In this document: piece after piece, positions 38,478 through 51,239 of the stretch
Layout: every line of letters begins with the position of its first letter
Position numbering within the stretch: the first letter of the stretch is position 1
Source of the DNA: the human T2T-CHM13v2.0 reference genome, Homo sapiens
DNA length: 64,000 bases
Assembly: GCF_009914755.1 (NCBI RefSeq)
Contig: NC_060935.1
Direction: 5' to 3' (one strand)
The notes under the pieces: generated by a model
What the model saw: the letters and a program-made list of their open reading frames with translations, nothing else
Databases searched by the model: none
Told to the model about the DNA's origin: nothing
Translations under genes and position numbers: made by a program

Positions 38478-38969
38478 TTCCTTAGTCACCTCTGATACCT
38501 TCTTTAGAGGTCCATGTGAATTTTTTCTCTTGCAGCCTGTATCTGAAGGTAAGGTAATGGGAACAGTTACGACAGTTACTTGAGGAGCAATTTTGCCCTT
38601 TTGGTGAGATGAGAGGGAAGAAAATATGAGCAAAGACGAATCTGCAAAATATTTCCTTATATTATTGTACTTCTAGTTGGGGACATAGAAGGGAACCTAC
38701 AATTCAAGTCATTGTGCCCGTGTCGTTAGTGACATGTGGCTATTGACTATTTGAAATGTGATTAGAGTGACTGAGGAACTGGATTTTTAATCTTTGAAAA
38801 CTTAACATCATTTAGATTTAAATGTGAATAAGCATATCGGCTCATTCTTGCCATATTGGACAGTGAAGGTATATAGTACATAGGAAAGTTCTCAGAGTTC
38901 ATATGTGGGTTCAAGGGTTATTTTAAGGAATCCTAGATTCAGGAAGTAAATTGATCTCATTATCCCAAG
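38478..38969 (+). repeat. Local direct duplication, copy 1 (~492 bp; contains a MER3/MER33-like fragment)
   Basis: aligns without gaps to 40430-40921; about 48 mismatches by hand count (~90% identity). Confidence 0.95.
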
Positions 38970-39161
38970 CCACTATTGAGAAATCATGGGTGTATAAGAA
39001 CTCAAGCTTTATCAAACTTTTTCTTTATTTTTAATTTTTTTTTTATATTTTATGTAATTCTACTAAGCATATTTGAAGAATGCCGGGCCTGGGCCTTTGT
39101 GAATCAAATATGTTATATTAGACAGGAAGGGGATATTGGCTACAAGATAAAAGCACAGGCT

Positions 39162-39521
39162 TAAAAATGTGGCACATGTATACCATGGAATACTATGTAG
39201 CCATAAAAAGGATGAGTTCGTGTCCTTTGCAGGGACATGGATGAAGCTGGAAACTAACACAGGAACAGAAAACCAAACACCACATATTCTCACTCATAAG
39301 TGGGAGTTTAACAATGAGAACATATGGACACAGGGAGGGGAACGTCACACACCAGGGTCTGTTGGGGGGTGAGGGGCTAGGGGAGGGATAGCATTAGGAG
39401 AAATACCTAATGTAGATGACGGGTTGATGGGTGGAGCAAACCACCATGGCACATATATACCTATGTAGCAAACCTGCACGTTCTGCAAATGGATCCCAGA
39501 ACTTGAAGTATAATAAAAAAA
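39162..39521 (+). mobile_element. Short L1PA 3' end (L1PA7/8-like)
   Basis: aaaatgtggcacatgtataccatggaatactatg...gggagggatagcattaggagaaatacctaatgtagatgac...tataataaaaaa. Confidence 0.93.
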
Positions 39522-39524
39522 TCA

Positions 39525-39725
39525 TAAATGTGTGACTTCCATGTCTGATTCTACCTTTTCCTGGTTGTCTGTTTTTGGGTAAGATAAACAACCTATGTGG
39601 GCCATAATTTTCTAATTTTAAAATGAGAAAAGTAGCTCCTATACTCTGAGGTACTTGCTAAGTATTAAAATGAGATAAAATAGCAATAGTAACACAGGCC
39701 TTGACATAGAGGAAGTGCTTAATCA
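39525..39725 (+). mobile_element. MIR fragment
   Basis: ttttctaattttaaaatgag...gtattaaaatgagataa...gacatagaggaagtgcttaat. Confidence 0.5.
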
Positions 39726-40009
39726 GTTTGTCTGTGTATGTGTGTGTGTTTGTATGTATGTTCATGTGTGTGTGGAAGTCTGGGTTACATACCCATACAC
39801 CCATATAGCTTCACTAGCATTTTATAGTTATATTTATTTTCTGATAATCTATACATATGTTTATATGTGTATTTATAGAAGTGTGAATATGTGTATAGGA
39901 ACATTACTTCTATTTGGCATCTGGTAGTAAGTTGCCATGTGGTATAAATGTCCAACATTAAAAAAAATTGTCCTATGTGTATTTGATCATTTTTATTTTG
40001 TCAACAAAC

Positions 40010-40429
40010 ACTTCCTTTTTTTCAAAGCATAAGTGTGCAATATGACAAAACCTTCATCAATTCCCTAGCCCCTGCAGAGTAAGCCCTACCCCCATAGGAT
40101 GGCATGCTTTCAGCTTGGCTCCCACTCATGATTCTAATTTTAGCTCCTTCCATCTATCCTTCCCCCAGTAATTTCATGCCATGATTTAGTTTCGTTTAGT
40201 CCCCAGACACATCTTACTCTTTAATATCTCTATACATTCACACGAACTGTCTTTTTCATCTGGAACACCCTCCATTCTGTCCTTTCTGGTTTTGGGAAGC
40301 ACTAATTCTGCTTGAGACCTAGTTATAATGTCGCTCTTTCTCATGAACTCCCATGCCCTAGGGGTTCTTATTTCTGTACCTATTTCATTGGATTATAATT
40401 ATTTGTTCCTGGACTTTCCCCTCCACTAG
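40010..40429 (+). mobile_element. L2 3' fragment, ending at duplication copy 2
   Basis: ctggaacaccctcc...ttgagacctagttataatgtc...ttatttgtt...cccctccactag. Confidence 0.45.
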
Positions 40430-40921
40430 TTCCTTAGTTACCTCTGATGTCGTCTTTAGAGGTCTATGTGAATTTTTTCTCTTGCAGCCTGTATCTGAAG
40501 GTAAGGTAATGAGAACAGTTACGACAGTTGCTTGAGGAGCAGTTTTGCCCTTTTGATAAGATGGGAGGGAAGGAAATATGAGCAAAGACGAATCTGCAAA
40601 ATATTTTCTTGTATTATTGTACTTCTAGTTAGGGCCTTAGAAGGTTACTTACAATTCAGGTCGTTATGCCCACGTCATTAAGCATATGTGGCTATTGACT
40701 ATTTGAAATGTGACTAGAGTAACTGAGGAACTGGATTTGTAATCTTTTAAAATTTTACTTCATTTAGATTTAAATTTGAATAAGCATATTGGCTTATTCT
40801 TGCCATATTGGACAGTGAAGGTATTTTGTACTTAGGAAAGTTTTCAGAGTTCATGCGTGGGTTCAAGGGTTATTTTAAGGAATCCTAGATTCAGGAAGTA
40901 AGTTGATCTCATTATCCTAAG
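40430..40921 (+). repeat. Local direct duplication, copy 2
   Basis: offset exactly 1952 bp from copy 1 along its length. Confidence 0.95.
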
Positions 40922-43900
40922 GCACCTGAAACACAAAAACAAAATCCATTTGAGTTTACCAGTTAATATTTTAATTTACATGAAATGTTAACTCACTTTT
41001 AGAAAATAATCTATTATGCTTGGTTTCACTAAATATTATACAGTAAGGACAAAACTAGGGAGGAAATATATGTTCATTCTAATAGAATTAATGTCTCTTT
41101 CTTTTCTCCTTCAGGATTGGTTAAAAATTGTTTGTTTTCTAAGCTCATGCTAATAGATAATTACTTTAGCTCCACGGAGAGTAACAACAAACAGGTAAAT
41201 TCCAGTACCTGAAGGGTGCTACCCAATAGTATAGGACTCCTATACTACAGGACTCCAAGGTGCAATTTAATAAAGCATAGACTTAGTTGTAATCTTTAAT
41301 TCCATTGGGGTACTACTGTATTTGAGCCTATGAAGCAATAATTTTCTAAATTGCACCCTAGTGGCCTAAATGTTAATTCAGCTTCCTGAGATTTCTAGTT
41401 TAAAGTCAAGGAGTTTGTTCTACACTGTTAAATCTTGGTCTACAAATTTTATTTCCTTTAAACCTCTAGATTAAGAAATCACAGCTTTCAAAATGAAACT
41501 GCAAATTAATAGATGGAGGAGGAATCATCCATGAATTGACTGACTTAACTGCATACTTTTTTTTCAGATGCTAAGAATTCATTTTGATTCAGTTTCTAGC
41601 AAGCTCGAAGCAAAGTTTTGTGATCAGTTTTGGTAATTAACTATCTCAGGAGTCTAGTTATATGTACTTTTTATTCATTTTAATGTCATTGGTCTATTTT
41701 AACTTTTATTGCCCTGTTTTATAATGTGTTTGGTTTTGTAAGCTATATCTGGTAGTTGCAAATTTCCTCTCTCCACACTCAGATATACCAAGAAAATGTA
41801 TTTCTTTTCTGTCTTTATTGACAAATAATATCCCATAGGAGTCCTACATTTTGGGTGGGCTAAAGCAAATTTATTTAGCTCAATCCAGAAAATAGAATAC
41901 TTCCTGGTAAAAGTAGATTCTGAGGTTCTCCTATTTCTAATTTTCATATCTCCCCCATTTTCATCTTTTCCCAGAGGCTACTGGGTATATAGTGAGTGTG
42001 GTTTATATGGCCCCAAGGGGAGGTGATAGTTGTGAAGTCATGGGATCCAGCTATATCTGCCCCTTTTGTAGGATAATAGCTGTGGAGGGACTAATAGAGT
42101 TGCTCTCTGGGTTGCAAATGTGCTGAGGTGTGAGAGGTCACATCTGGTAGAGGAGGATGCCCTTCTCTCCTCTTGATTTTTATGAAGAGTAATTTTTCCC
42201 AAATCATACTCCCGTGACCTCTTGCCTTACTCCTCAGTCTCCTCCTGACAGAGAGGGAGTGTGTACCTGGTTAGAAGGCAACAGGTTTCTTGATTGTTTG
42301 TGGAAAATCTATCCAAGGTCCTGAGTGTGGTTCCTATTCTTCTCAGTGAGACGCAATGGCTGGTCAGCCTTAAGGACTGACACTCCTCTTGGGTGTGCCG
42401 TCTCAAGTGTGGCCATGGGTTTGGATAGGGAATGACCTGGCACATTTGTCTCTCACACAAGCTGCCTCCTTTGATCCATATACACCACTAATGAATGAAA
42501 TTTTGACCTTCATCTTTACTCTTGTATTGTATTTCTAAAATTCTAGGTCCTTGGGTGGTGAAGGGTTTATGTCTTCCTAACGTATCTAGGTGCCCCTCAG
42601 ATACTCATAACATACCAGTGTCTTTAAGAACATAACAAAATAAAAAACTGGAAGTTTACATTCTTGGAAAGACTTTTGGGGAGTCAGAAAGATTATTCTT
42701 TCATTTTAATACTTTCTTCCCTTCTTTTTTCCATTTTTCAGTTTTGGTTAAGACCTAGTTTAGATTATTTGCCCAAACTTTGGCCAATTAAAAGACGGCA
42801 TCACCTCTGTTGCATTTCTTCACGGTAACTTTCAGTAATTGGACAAAGTTACTGAAGTTACTTTACTGAAGCTAAAGTAAGTAGGGGATGAAAAGCATCG
42901 ATCTTTGTCAGGGGCCCGATCTGGAACTGTGGGACTTGTTCCCTTGGCATTCTTCCATATACCTCTCTGCCACTCTCTTGCCACCACAGGCCACTTTTGT
43001 TTGTGAATCTTAGAGAATCAGATGGCAGCTTTATAGAAATAGAGTGAATTTTGTTAATGAACAAAATAAAATGAAGCCCCACCGTGATGCACTCAATCTC
43101 AGTGTGGGTAGAGGAGAAAAAAGCCTGATAAATTATTACAGATCCAAAGGCCAACAAAAGACAATATTATTAAACAAAGCTTGTGTCTGAGATGCTTTAC
43201 TCTAGGGAATTAGACTGGCACTGAAACAGAGCAGGGAGCCTCAGGAATGCTCAAATTTATGAAGGCCAATAAAGCATAAACTTTGCATGTTTTCCTTGAA
43301 AGTCTGTAAATGGGGATGGTATAATACCTACCTGACAGAGTTGTTTCTGACATTGAATGAAATCAGGTGGTAAATAAGAATCACTTCAGCATGTATGACT
43401 CAGATGTGTATCTCAACAACATGACAAATTACTGCACATTATTTGTATTTGATTGTTAATGCAGTGATTGAAACAATGATTATTATATCCAAAATGCCAA
43501 GAATTTGATGTATTTATAAAATCCTGCAGCACATTCTTTTGTAAAGCAAGTGATCCTTCCATAATTTTAATAGACAATCCCCAACTTTTAATTTTTTTGT
43601 GGTTTAAGTAGTTTACTGCATTTCAGTTTTCTTTAAAAAATGGCATCTATTTTCTTTTTTCTCTTTCCTGGGTGCAATGAGTGTGGATGTGATACATTCT
43701 TCAGGGTGTGAAGAAGCATAGGTGTTTTTAGGGAAATTTTACTACTACCAGGCTTTTTTCACTGAGAAGCAAACTCAGCTTAGCAAATCCTTGTTTGTTT
43801 TGCAATAGATGAAGAGAATGGTAGTGAAAAATGGACTGTCAGATTTGTACTGATTTGATGTGTCTTCCCAGCTAGCTGTGCTGAGCATTAATGAGCAGGG

Positions 43901-44159
43901 TGCAAAAATAGTTACTTTGAGGTGCGATGTATGGTTACTTTAGAATAATATAATCATTTACATTCAGTCTCAGGCAAACTAAATCCTTGAGCTAAAACCG
44001 CATCCTGATTTTCTGAATAACCGTATGTAATACCAAGAGTCACTATAATTAGAATTCTGCAATGTAACACAGTGGAAGAAATGATGAATTACCCATTTCA
44101 AATCTGCTATCCCATTGCCATTTCATCAAATACATAGATGAATAATTAGTCATCATAAA

Positions 44160-44700
44160 TTCACTTCAGAGTATTTATTGAGCACCTATTTGGTGCTTGG
44201 GTCTGTGAAGGATATGAAAGCTTTCAACAAGGATTTGCCAGATGCAGTGTAATTGATAGGAAAGGATACTCGCAAGAAGAGTTAAGGAATTATATGAAAG
44301 TTTAAAGTGCCTAAGAAATTGGTAGACACAATAATTTCATTAGGAGTTTAAAGGAAGTGGAGATTCCTGTGGGCCTGGGCAGTTAAAGAACACTGATTGC
44401 TAAGGATGGGTAAGGGAGCAGGGGTCAGGAGATGAGGCTTAACTTCAGAGCAGGGCCACATCACAAAAGATAGGCAGCAGCCATGGGGGGCTACTGCTCC
44501 ATGAACTAATTAGCTTGGCTGGTGAAGACAGTCTATGAGGCAGAGTTCTGATTGTGAGTTAATACTGAGCTGGAGAGTGGGTGACAACTTCACCAAGGTC
44601 TTGAAAGCCATATGGAGGGATTTGGCTTCCTTCTGTAGGCAAGTGTGAACCACTGGAGAAAGCCAATAGCTATCCAGATAGTGACTGTGGTTTTGGAACA
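44160..44700 (-). mobile_element. L2 fragments
   Basis: gtatttattgagcacctatttggtgc...caaggtcttgaaagccatatggagg...tgtaggcaagtg..ccactgga. Confidence 0.5.
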
Positions 44701-45252
44701 CATCTGATTATGGGTGTTTGTGGGCAGTGCTGTTCCAGGTCTTCACTAGGGACAAGGGGTGGAATGCTTCATTGTAGAGAACAGTTCTGGAAAAAATTCC
44801 TAGGAAATGCTCCTTCAGACCTGGGAGTGAGGATGCTAGTGTGTGGCAAAAGAGAGCCAGTAAAGTGGTTACCCACTATGGAGGGACTGCCTAAGGTAAA
44901 GGGATTCCTCCCTAGATGACATTGTTTCTTTGCCAAGGAACAGGATATGCAGGCTTAGTGGTGTGAGGAGTATTTTTGTCGTTGAAACCTAACTTCTGTG
45001 GCCAGTTTCTCCACTGGCTCTTTCCCCTGAATTGCAATCATTTTGAGATTGCCTATCCTTAGCCCAAGTGAGAAAAAAGACACAGGATAAAAAGGGAGCC
45101 CTTCTTGGAAATCCGTCTTGCAAATGGTTGCCAAGCCAATATGTTTTTAAAATACTCCTTTTATTATGTCACTTTTTGTTTATAAACTAAAAATAGCTCA
45201 TTGATTCCAACTTATGCTTTGTAAGTCTCTTTTAAGGTCAGAACCCACTTTG

Positions 45253-45360
45253 TCTGTCTATGTATCTATGTATCTATTTGTCTATCTATCTATCTATCTA
45301 TCTATCTATCATCTATCATCTATCTACCTACATACCTATCTGTCTATCATCATCTATCTT
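45253..45360. repeat. (TCTA)n tetranucleotide repeat, imperfect
   Basis: tctatctatctatctatc... Confidence 0.93.
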
Positions 45361-47319
45361 CCTCCACCTCATCATCTCCTTAGGTTCCAATCATTATAGA
45401 TTTCTAGTCTTCATTTTAGTTAGGCTAGTTCCACACTAACCATAACTATGTCCATTCCCATAGACTTAATTATTTCCCTAGCTTGGAAAGTGCCAAATCT
45501 ATGGCCTTGATCCAAATCCTACCCATTCTTTAAAATCTATCTTAAACCCTTCCTGTTTCATAGATTTTCCTATCTCAACTTGAACCCTGAATGATCTCTG
45601 TATTCCCTGGACCATTAAAAGACTTGAAAAACATAGAGCATAGAGTTTTAGAGGACCAACATATTATAGTATTGAAGACTCTAGAACAAATTGAGTTATA
45701 GTCTTTATAATTGTATGTCTACTTCAATTTTTAAAAGATCAAGAACATTAACCTGCAGAGGTTCAGCCTCCTTTTGATGTATTTCTAGTGGCAGGAAGAT
45801 GCCAGCCCATTCCCTTTTGTTTCAGCAAGGATTTTCTTGTCTTCCTGTTTGACTGTAGAGGTGGGGCAGAGAACAGGCTAGGTGCATTTATATTTAGTGA
45901 TGCATCACAAATTTATTGAGCAGCAATTATTTTTCAGGTATGATACTGAACACTAGAAATGCTAAGATTTAGAAAATGTCTTTTATTTCAAGGTGCTTAT
46001 AATGTATTGTGAATGTGAGATTGATCCAGAATAGTTGATCAATAGATGTTTGTGGATGAAAGAAACAGAGGCAAGAAAACCAACTATTACACGGATTTTT
46101 AAGAATATCATCTCTTAGATTAGATTGCCTGACTTTGAATCTTGGTTCTGATACTAGGTATTTACTGAACATTACAACATAGGTTATTAGATTTGAATGA
46201 GAAAATGCATATAAAATGCTTAGCATAGTGTTTGACACGTAGGTTCTCCGTACATGTGATGATAATGACAAAAATAAGTCTGATTCATTGGACAGAGGCA
46301 TGGGCAGAATGCTGTGGGAACACGGAAGAAGGTCATTCTACTCAGACCTATGTGCAGGGAGGGTGGGAGGGACTGGCCAGTGAAGTAGCATGTGAGGGAC
46401 GGCTCAGAGCAGCTGGAGCTGTGTGCTCTTATAGGAAGATGTGAATAGTGATTGAGCAAAACCAGAGTTGACCTTTAAAAAACTGGAAGATGGCACAAGT
46501 GTTCTTAAGCTTCGTTAGACATGTCATCAGGAAAGTGGCATTATTCTATGAATTCCAAGGCAAGTACTACCTTCCGAGACAATAATTGATTGAAATAGTT
46601 TACCATGTACTAGCTCTGTGTTCAGTGTTTTTTGTGAAGAATGTCTGAAAATATCTATAAATAAGAAGGATACAGAACCAAAGAAAACACTGGGCAACAT
46701 ATCAATTGCTCACCAGCACCTGTATTTCTAAGAGAGCATTAGATGCAGAGTCTGGTGGCTTTTGTCTATAGTGAGATCCTAAGCTTATTGGTAAAAAATA
46801 TACTCACAAGACTAATGATAGAGGGCCAGATGGACAGTGTTCTGTTTTTTTATAATCACATGTAGAGTTTTGCTGTTGCTTTTCCTTTCAGTCACTGGGA
46901 TAGAAGTTGTTATTTCTACATATTTCTGGGTAGTGTTTAATACTCTTTTTTCTGTATATCTCATTTGCCAAGTTTCAAGCAAGGTGCTTTTTTAAAAAGA
47001 CTGAAGAGCTTTATAGGTTTATTGCATGGCTTTTGTTAGCCCCAAATATATAATTATTATTTAGTCAAGGCATAGAGTGCTAGCTAGTCACATTAACGTA
47101 TATCGTATAAAATTTATACTTGAACTCTTTAAAAGTATCTCAGAATAATATCTATAAGGTGATCTCAATTTTGTAATTATGTATGTATTCATACAAATGC
47201 AGAAAAACTTAGAGGAGTACACAATGGTGTTAGAAGTCAATCACTCCAAGGACTATAATTAGGTAAAGACATGGGCTTTCATTTTCATTATTTATATGCA
47301 TTTGAATTATATTAGTAGG

Positions 47320-47383
47320 GTAACAAGTATACCCAAATAGAGCTGATGGCTGTAACAAGTATACCCAAATAGAGCTGATGGCT
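47320..47383. repeat. Perfect 32-bp tandem duplication
   Basis: gtaacaagtatacccaaatagagctgatggct x2. Confidence 0.97.
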
Positions 47384-49345
47384 CAAAGAACATAGAGGTT
47401 TAGTTTTTCTTTGTGTAACAAACCCAAAGCAGTTCCTGGACACTGAGGAAGGGTACAAAAAAGCGCTACCTCACACACAGTCATTCAGAGATCAGTCTTC
47501 AACATGCAGCTTACAAGGTTGCCCTGGGTACTGATGTCACATTCAGTCCCTGGGCATTGACACCAAGGTGGCAGAAGAAAAATGAGCATAGAAGATTATT
47601 CATTGGGGGTATGTAGTATGGTGTATGTGGTACATGGTGTGGGTGTGTGTGTCCATATGTGTGTGTCTACAGGGCAGGCTTGAAAATGTCACTTCTGCTC
47701 ATATTCAGTTTGCTAGAACTCAGTTATGTGACCACATCTAATTGCAAGAGAGGCTGGGAAATGGAATCTGGCTGTATTTCCAGGAAGAAGGGGGAACAAA
47801 GGTTTTGGTGAACAGCTAGAAGTTTCTACCAGAGTCAGGTTTTGTGGTTACCAAATATCCAGTGCTCCCTTCTATCTACATAGAGAGCACACTTGCCTTC
47901 TTTCTTGAGGAAGATAACACAAAGTTTCATCTAAACTCCATAGAAAATTCAAAGGCAAGGGTCCCTGGGTGATGCACAGTGTTCTCAATCATATCCAGAT
48001 GTGATTCCTAGTGGTTTGGTGACCTGCATATTAAAAAGATGCATTCTCTCCCCTCTTTCCACCATCCACTGGCAACACACCCACCCCCCCCCCCGCACAC
48101 ACACACACCCACACACACACTATGATGGTGGACCTGCAACAAGATAACTGCAGTAAAAACTCCCATTCAGGAATGAGAAGAGTCATTGGTTCATGGCAAT
48201 GATGGAACCCTGCTGGGCAAACTTTGTGACGTCCCCCTTTCCTGGCAGTAGGGAAAGTTCCTGAAATAAATCCTGATTCTGCCATCTTGGAGGAACTCCC
48301 TCATCTACTGAATGACCCTGGTTCCCTGCTCTAGGTGCATCTTCCTTGTCCATTATCCTCCATGACCCTGCATGAATTGAGAACCAGGAATGTACCCTCC
48401 TCAGGGGTTGCACAGTACTCTCATCTTGCTTTCTGCTGTACCAATAACAGGGCCTGCCTAAGAATTCTTTAAAGGCTTGAATAGTTAAAGCTTTTTTAGT
48501 TTAGGCACAGGATTCTTTGGCGATATCAGTTCCTCAAATATTTAGTTGCCTTGTAATCTGTTTGCTTTCAGTGGGTTCCATGTGAGTGTAACCATACCTA
48601 AATTCTTTCCTAAGACAAAACACTTAAACCTTGTCTCTTTCCTCATTTCCCAACCCAGTGCCTCTCTCCCTCAACTTACTGGTGGCTCTTTGGCAGCCAT
48701 TTGAAACTACAGCCTTAGGTGGAAAGGAGACATATTTAATATGATACTTGCCATACTGTTAAATACCTCTGTTTAACTAACAGCAATTGATGGAGGCTTC
48801 AAGGCATATTTTCAGTCTCACTTCATATGATTGTTGTTCAGTAGTGGTTAAATTCTTCAGTTCTGCAAAGCCTGATTTTCTGGACATTCTCCATTATCTT
48901 TCATTTCTGCTTGCAAATCAACCAATTCTTTCTTGAACTCATTTATCTCTTGTAAATCTTTCCTAGATGCAACAAGTAATAGTCAACACACTCTCCTAAT
49001 ACCTCTTTTCTGATCACTTACCCCATAGCTACAAGCAAGGGAGGAACGTGGCCTGCCTTCCAAGACAGGGTTTACCAAATTCTTTGTCACCATATATCAC
49101 GGGTCTCCAACTGTTGAGCCTCTGTTAAGAGTTTCCCTACCCCATGCTACTTGGCCACCAACCCATTGCCCCATATGTTAGAATTTTGTTATGGAGGTAT
49201 GCCACTTGAAGGCATATATTGCTGTATAATTAAAGAGGGTGAATTTCTATGACAAAAATACCCTAAGTCCATCAACAAATATTGGATAAAGAAAATGGGG
49301 GTACATATATACACAATGGAATATTATTCAGCCATAAAAAGGAAT

Positions 49346-49967
49346 TGTTACGGGAGTTATTAAGAAATTATTTTAGGCAGAGAGCAAAAGGGGTCCTTGG
49401 GAAGTTTTTGTTTCTTTTAAAGCAGCTCCAGAAACATTTCTTGTCTAGCAGGAAAGCCCCAGCTCTTAGAGCTGGGCAGGCAAGCTTTGATATGCAAATG
49501 CTGGCCCTTAGAAACTGGGTCCACCCAAATGTGGCAATTCCCATTGTCTTCTTGCCCTTGCCCCTACTTGTGCCTGGCAACATGGCTGTCCCCCACATAT
49601 CCCCACGTGCGTAGAACGTCATGGCACCCTGTATTTGCATATAAAAAGGTCACAATGGGAGGGCCCATTTTCTCGTGGGCTGCATGAATGACACACCTGG
49701 TCAAACCAATCCTCTGGGCCCTATGGAAACCAGACACCACCTCCTCCAGCATCCCAATATAAGCAGCCACTTTTCCACCACACATGGGGTTTTCTCTTTG
49801 TTCAAATCCCCCCTCCCTCTGTCTCTGTACAGGGGACCTGTTTTCTTCTTCCTTCCTTCTTTCTTGCCTATTAAACTTTTCGCTCCTTAAAACCACTCCA
49901 CGTGTGTCCGTGTCATTAATCCTATGGGCGAGACCCTGGTGTTCCTCCAGTCATCGGAGCCATATCA
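49346..49967 (+). mobile_element. ERV1 solo LTR (LTR9B-like)
   Basis: TG...CA termini, 4-bp TSD GAAT (49342-49345, 49968-49971), CCAAT and TATAA-like motifs, ATTAAA signal; subfamily assigned from memory. Confidence 0.8.
49485..49499 (+). promoter_or_regulatory. SOX-OCT composite motif in LTR
   Basis: CTTTGATATGCAAAT, one mismatch from CTTTGTTATGCAAAT; second octamer ATTTGCAT at 49633-49640. Confidence 0.55.
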
Positions 49968-50659
49968 GAATGAAGTCGTGTCTTTTGAAGCAACATGCAT
50001 GGAACCGAAGGTCGTTATCTTAAGTGAAGCAAGCCATACAGAGCCAAATACTGCATGTTCTCATAAGTGGGTACTAAAAAATGTGTACACATGGATGTAG
50101 AGAGTGGAGCTATAGACAATGGAGACTCAGAAGGGTGAGATGGGGATGGATGATGAGAAATTACCTAATGGGTACAATGTAATTATTTGGGTGATAAATA
50201 CCCTAAAATCCCTGACCTGAACGCTATCCAATCTATGCATGTAACAAAATTGCATTTGTACTCCATAAATATTTATAAATAAAAAACTCTTAAGTTATCT
50301 ACTGTGTTATATACAAACACAATAGAATCTTCTTTCTTGCTTAGGTAAATAATCTAGGCTTGCTCCAGTTTAGCATGGGATGGGCTATGCTTGTCATGGT
50401 CATTCAGGAATCCAGGCTGATGGAGTCTCTGCCGTCTTCAACATATAGCTTTCAAAATGATCCTTGGCATTGTCATCCAACAACCAAGGAGGTCAGTGAG
50501 ATAAAAAAGAATTGCCTGAGAGGTGGAACAGGCTGACACACGGCTTCCATCACTTTTGCTCACATCCCATTGGCTAAAACTTAGTCCCATGGCCTCAACC
50601 AACCTCAAGAGAGGCTGGAGAATTTGTTTAGGCCCTATGCCCAGGTAGAGGAGAACATA

Positions 50660-50835
50660 TAATTTTTATATATGTATATATATATATAATATTCATATTT
50701 TTATATAAAAAGTTTAAAATTTTTAAATTTTTTAAGTATAAAATTTTTTAAAAATTTAATTTTTAAATTTAAATTTTTTAATTTTTAAAATTTATTAAAA
50801 AATCTTATATTTATATATATAAAATATATATATAT
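50660..50835. repeat. AT-only low-complexity tract (expanded Alu tail)
   Basis: almost exclusively A/T, directly adjoining the Alu 3' end. Confidence 0.9.
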
Positions 50836-51123
<288 letters not shown>

Positions 51124-51239
51124 TGAGAATGTGGATTTTAATCTGCAGGTGGCAGATATTGTTTGAATTTTTAAAAACCCTGTATTTCTGTAATAAAACC
51201 AAATAATTGTATTTGTTTTTCTTATCTTCTGTTTGAGCA

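Larger units (their letters stand above)
49265..50285 (+). mobile_element. L1 3' end (L1MA/L1PB-age) split by an LTR
   Basis: gtccatcaacaa..tggataaagaaaatg...cagccataaaaag|gaatgaagtcgtgtcttttg...gggtacaatgta...catgtaacaaaattgca...aaataaaaaa. Confidence 0.88.

Noticed and set aside
45925-45945. ttttcAG|GTatga recursive-splice-like site (a similar motif is at ~21770)
   Set aside because: Short pyrimidine tract, lies in an L2 remnant, and such motifs are frequent by chance.
47320-47383. 32-bp direct repeat as a CRISPR-like array
   Set aside because: Only two adjacent units, no spacers, and the DNA is mammalian.
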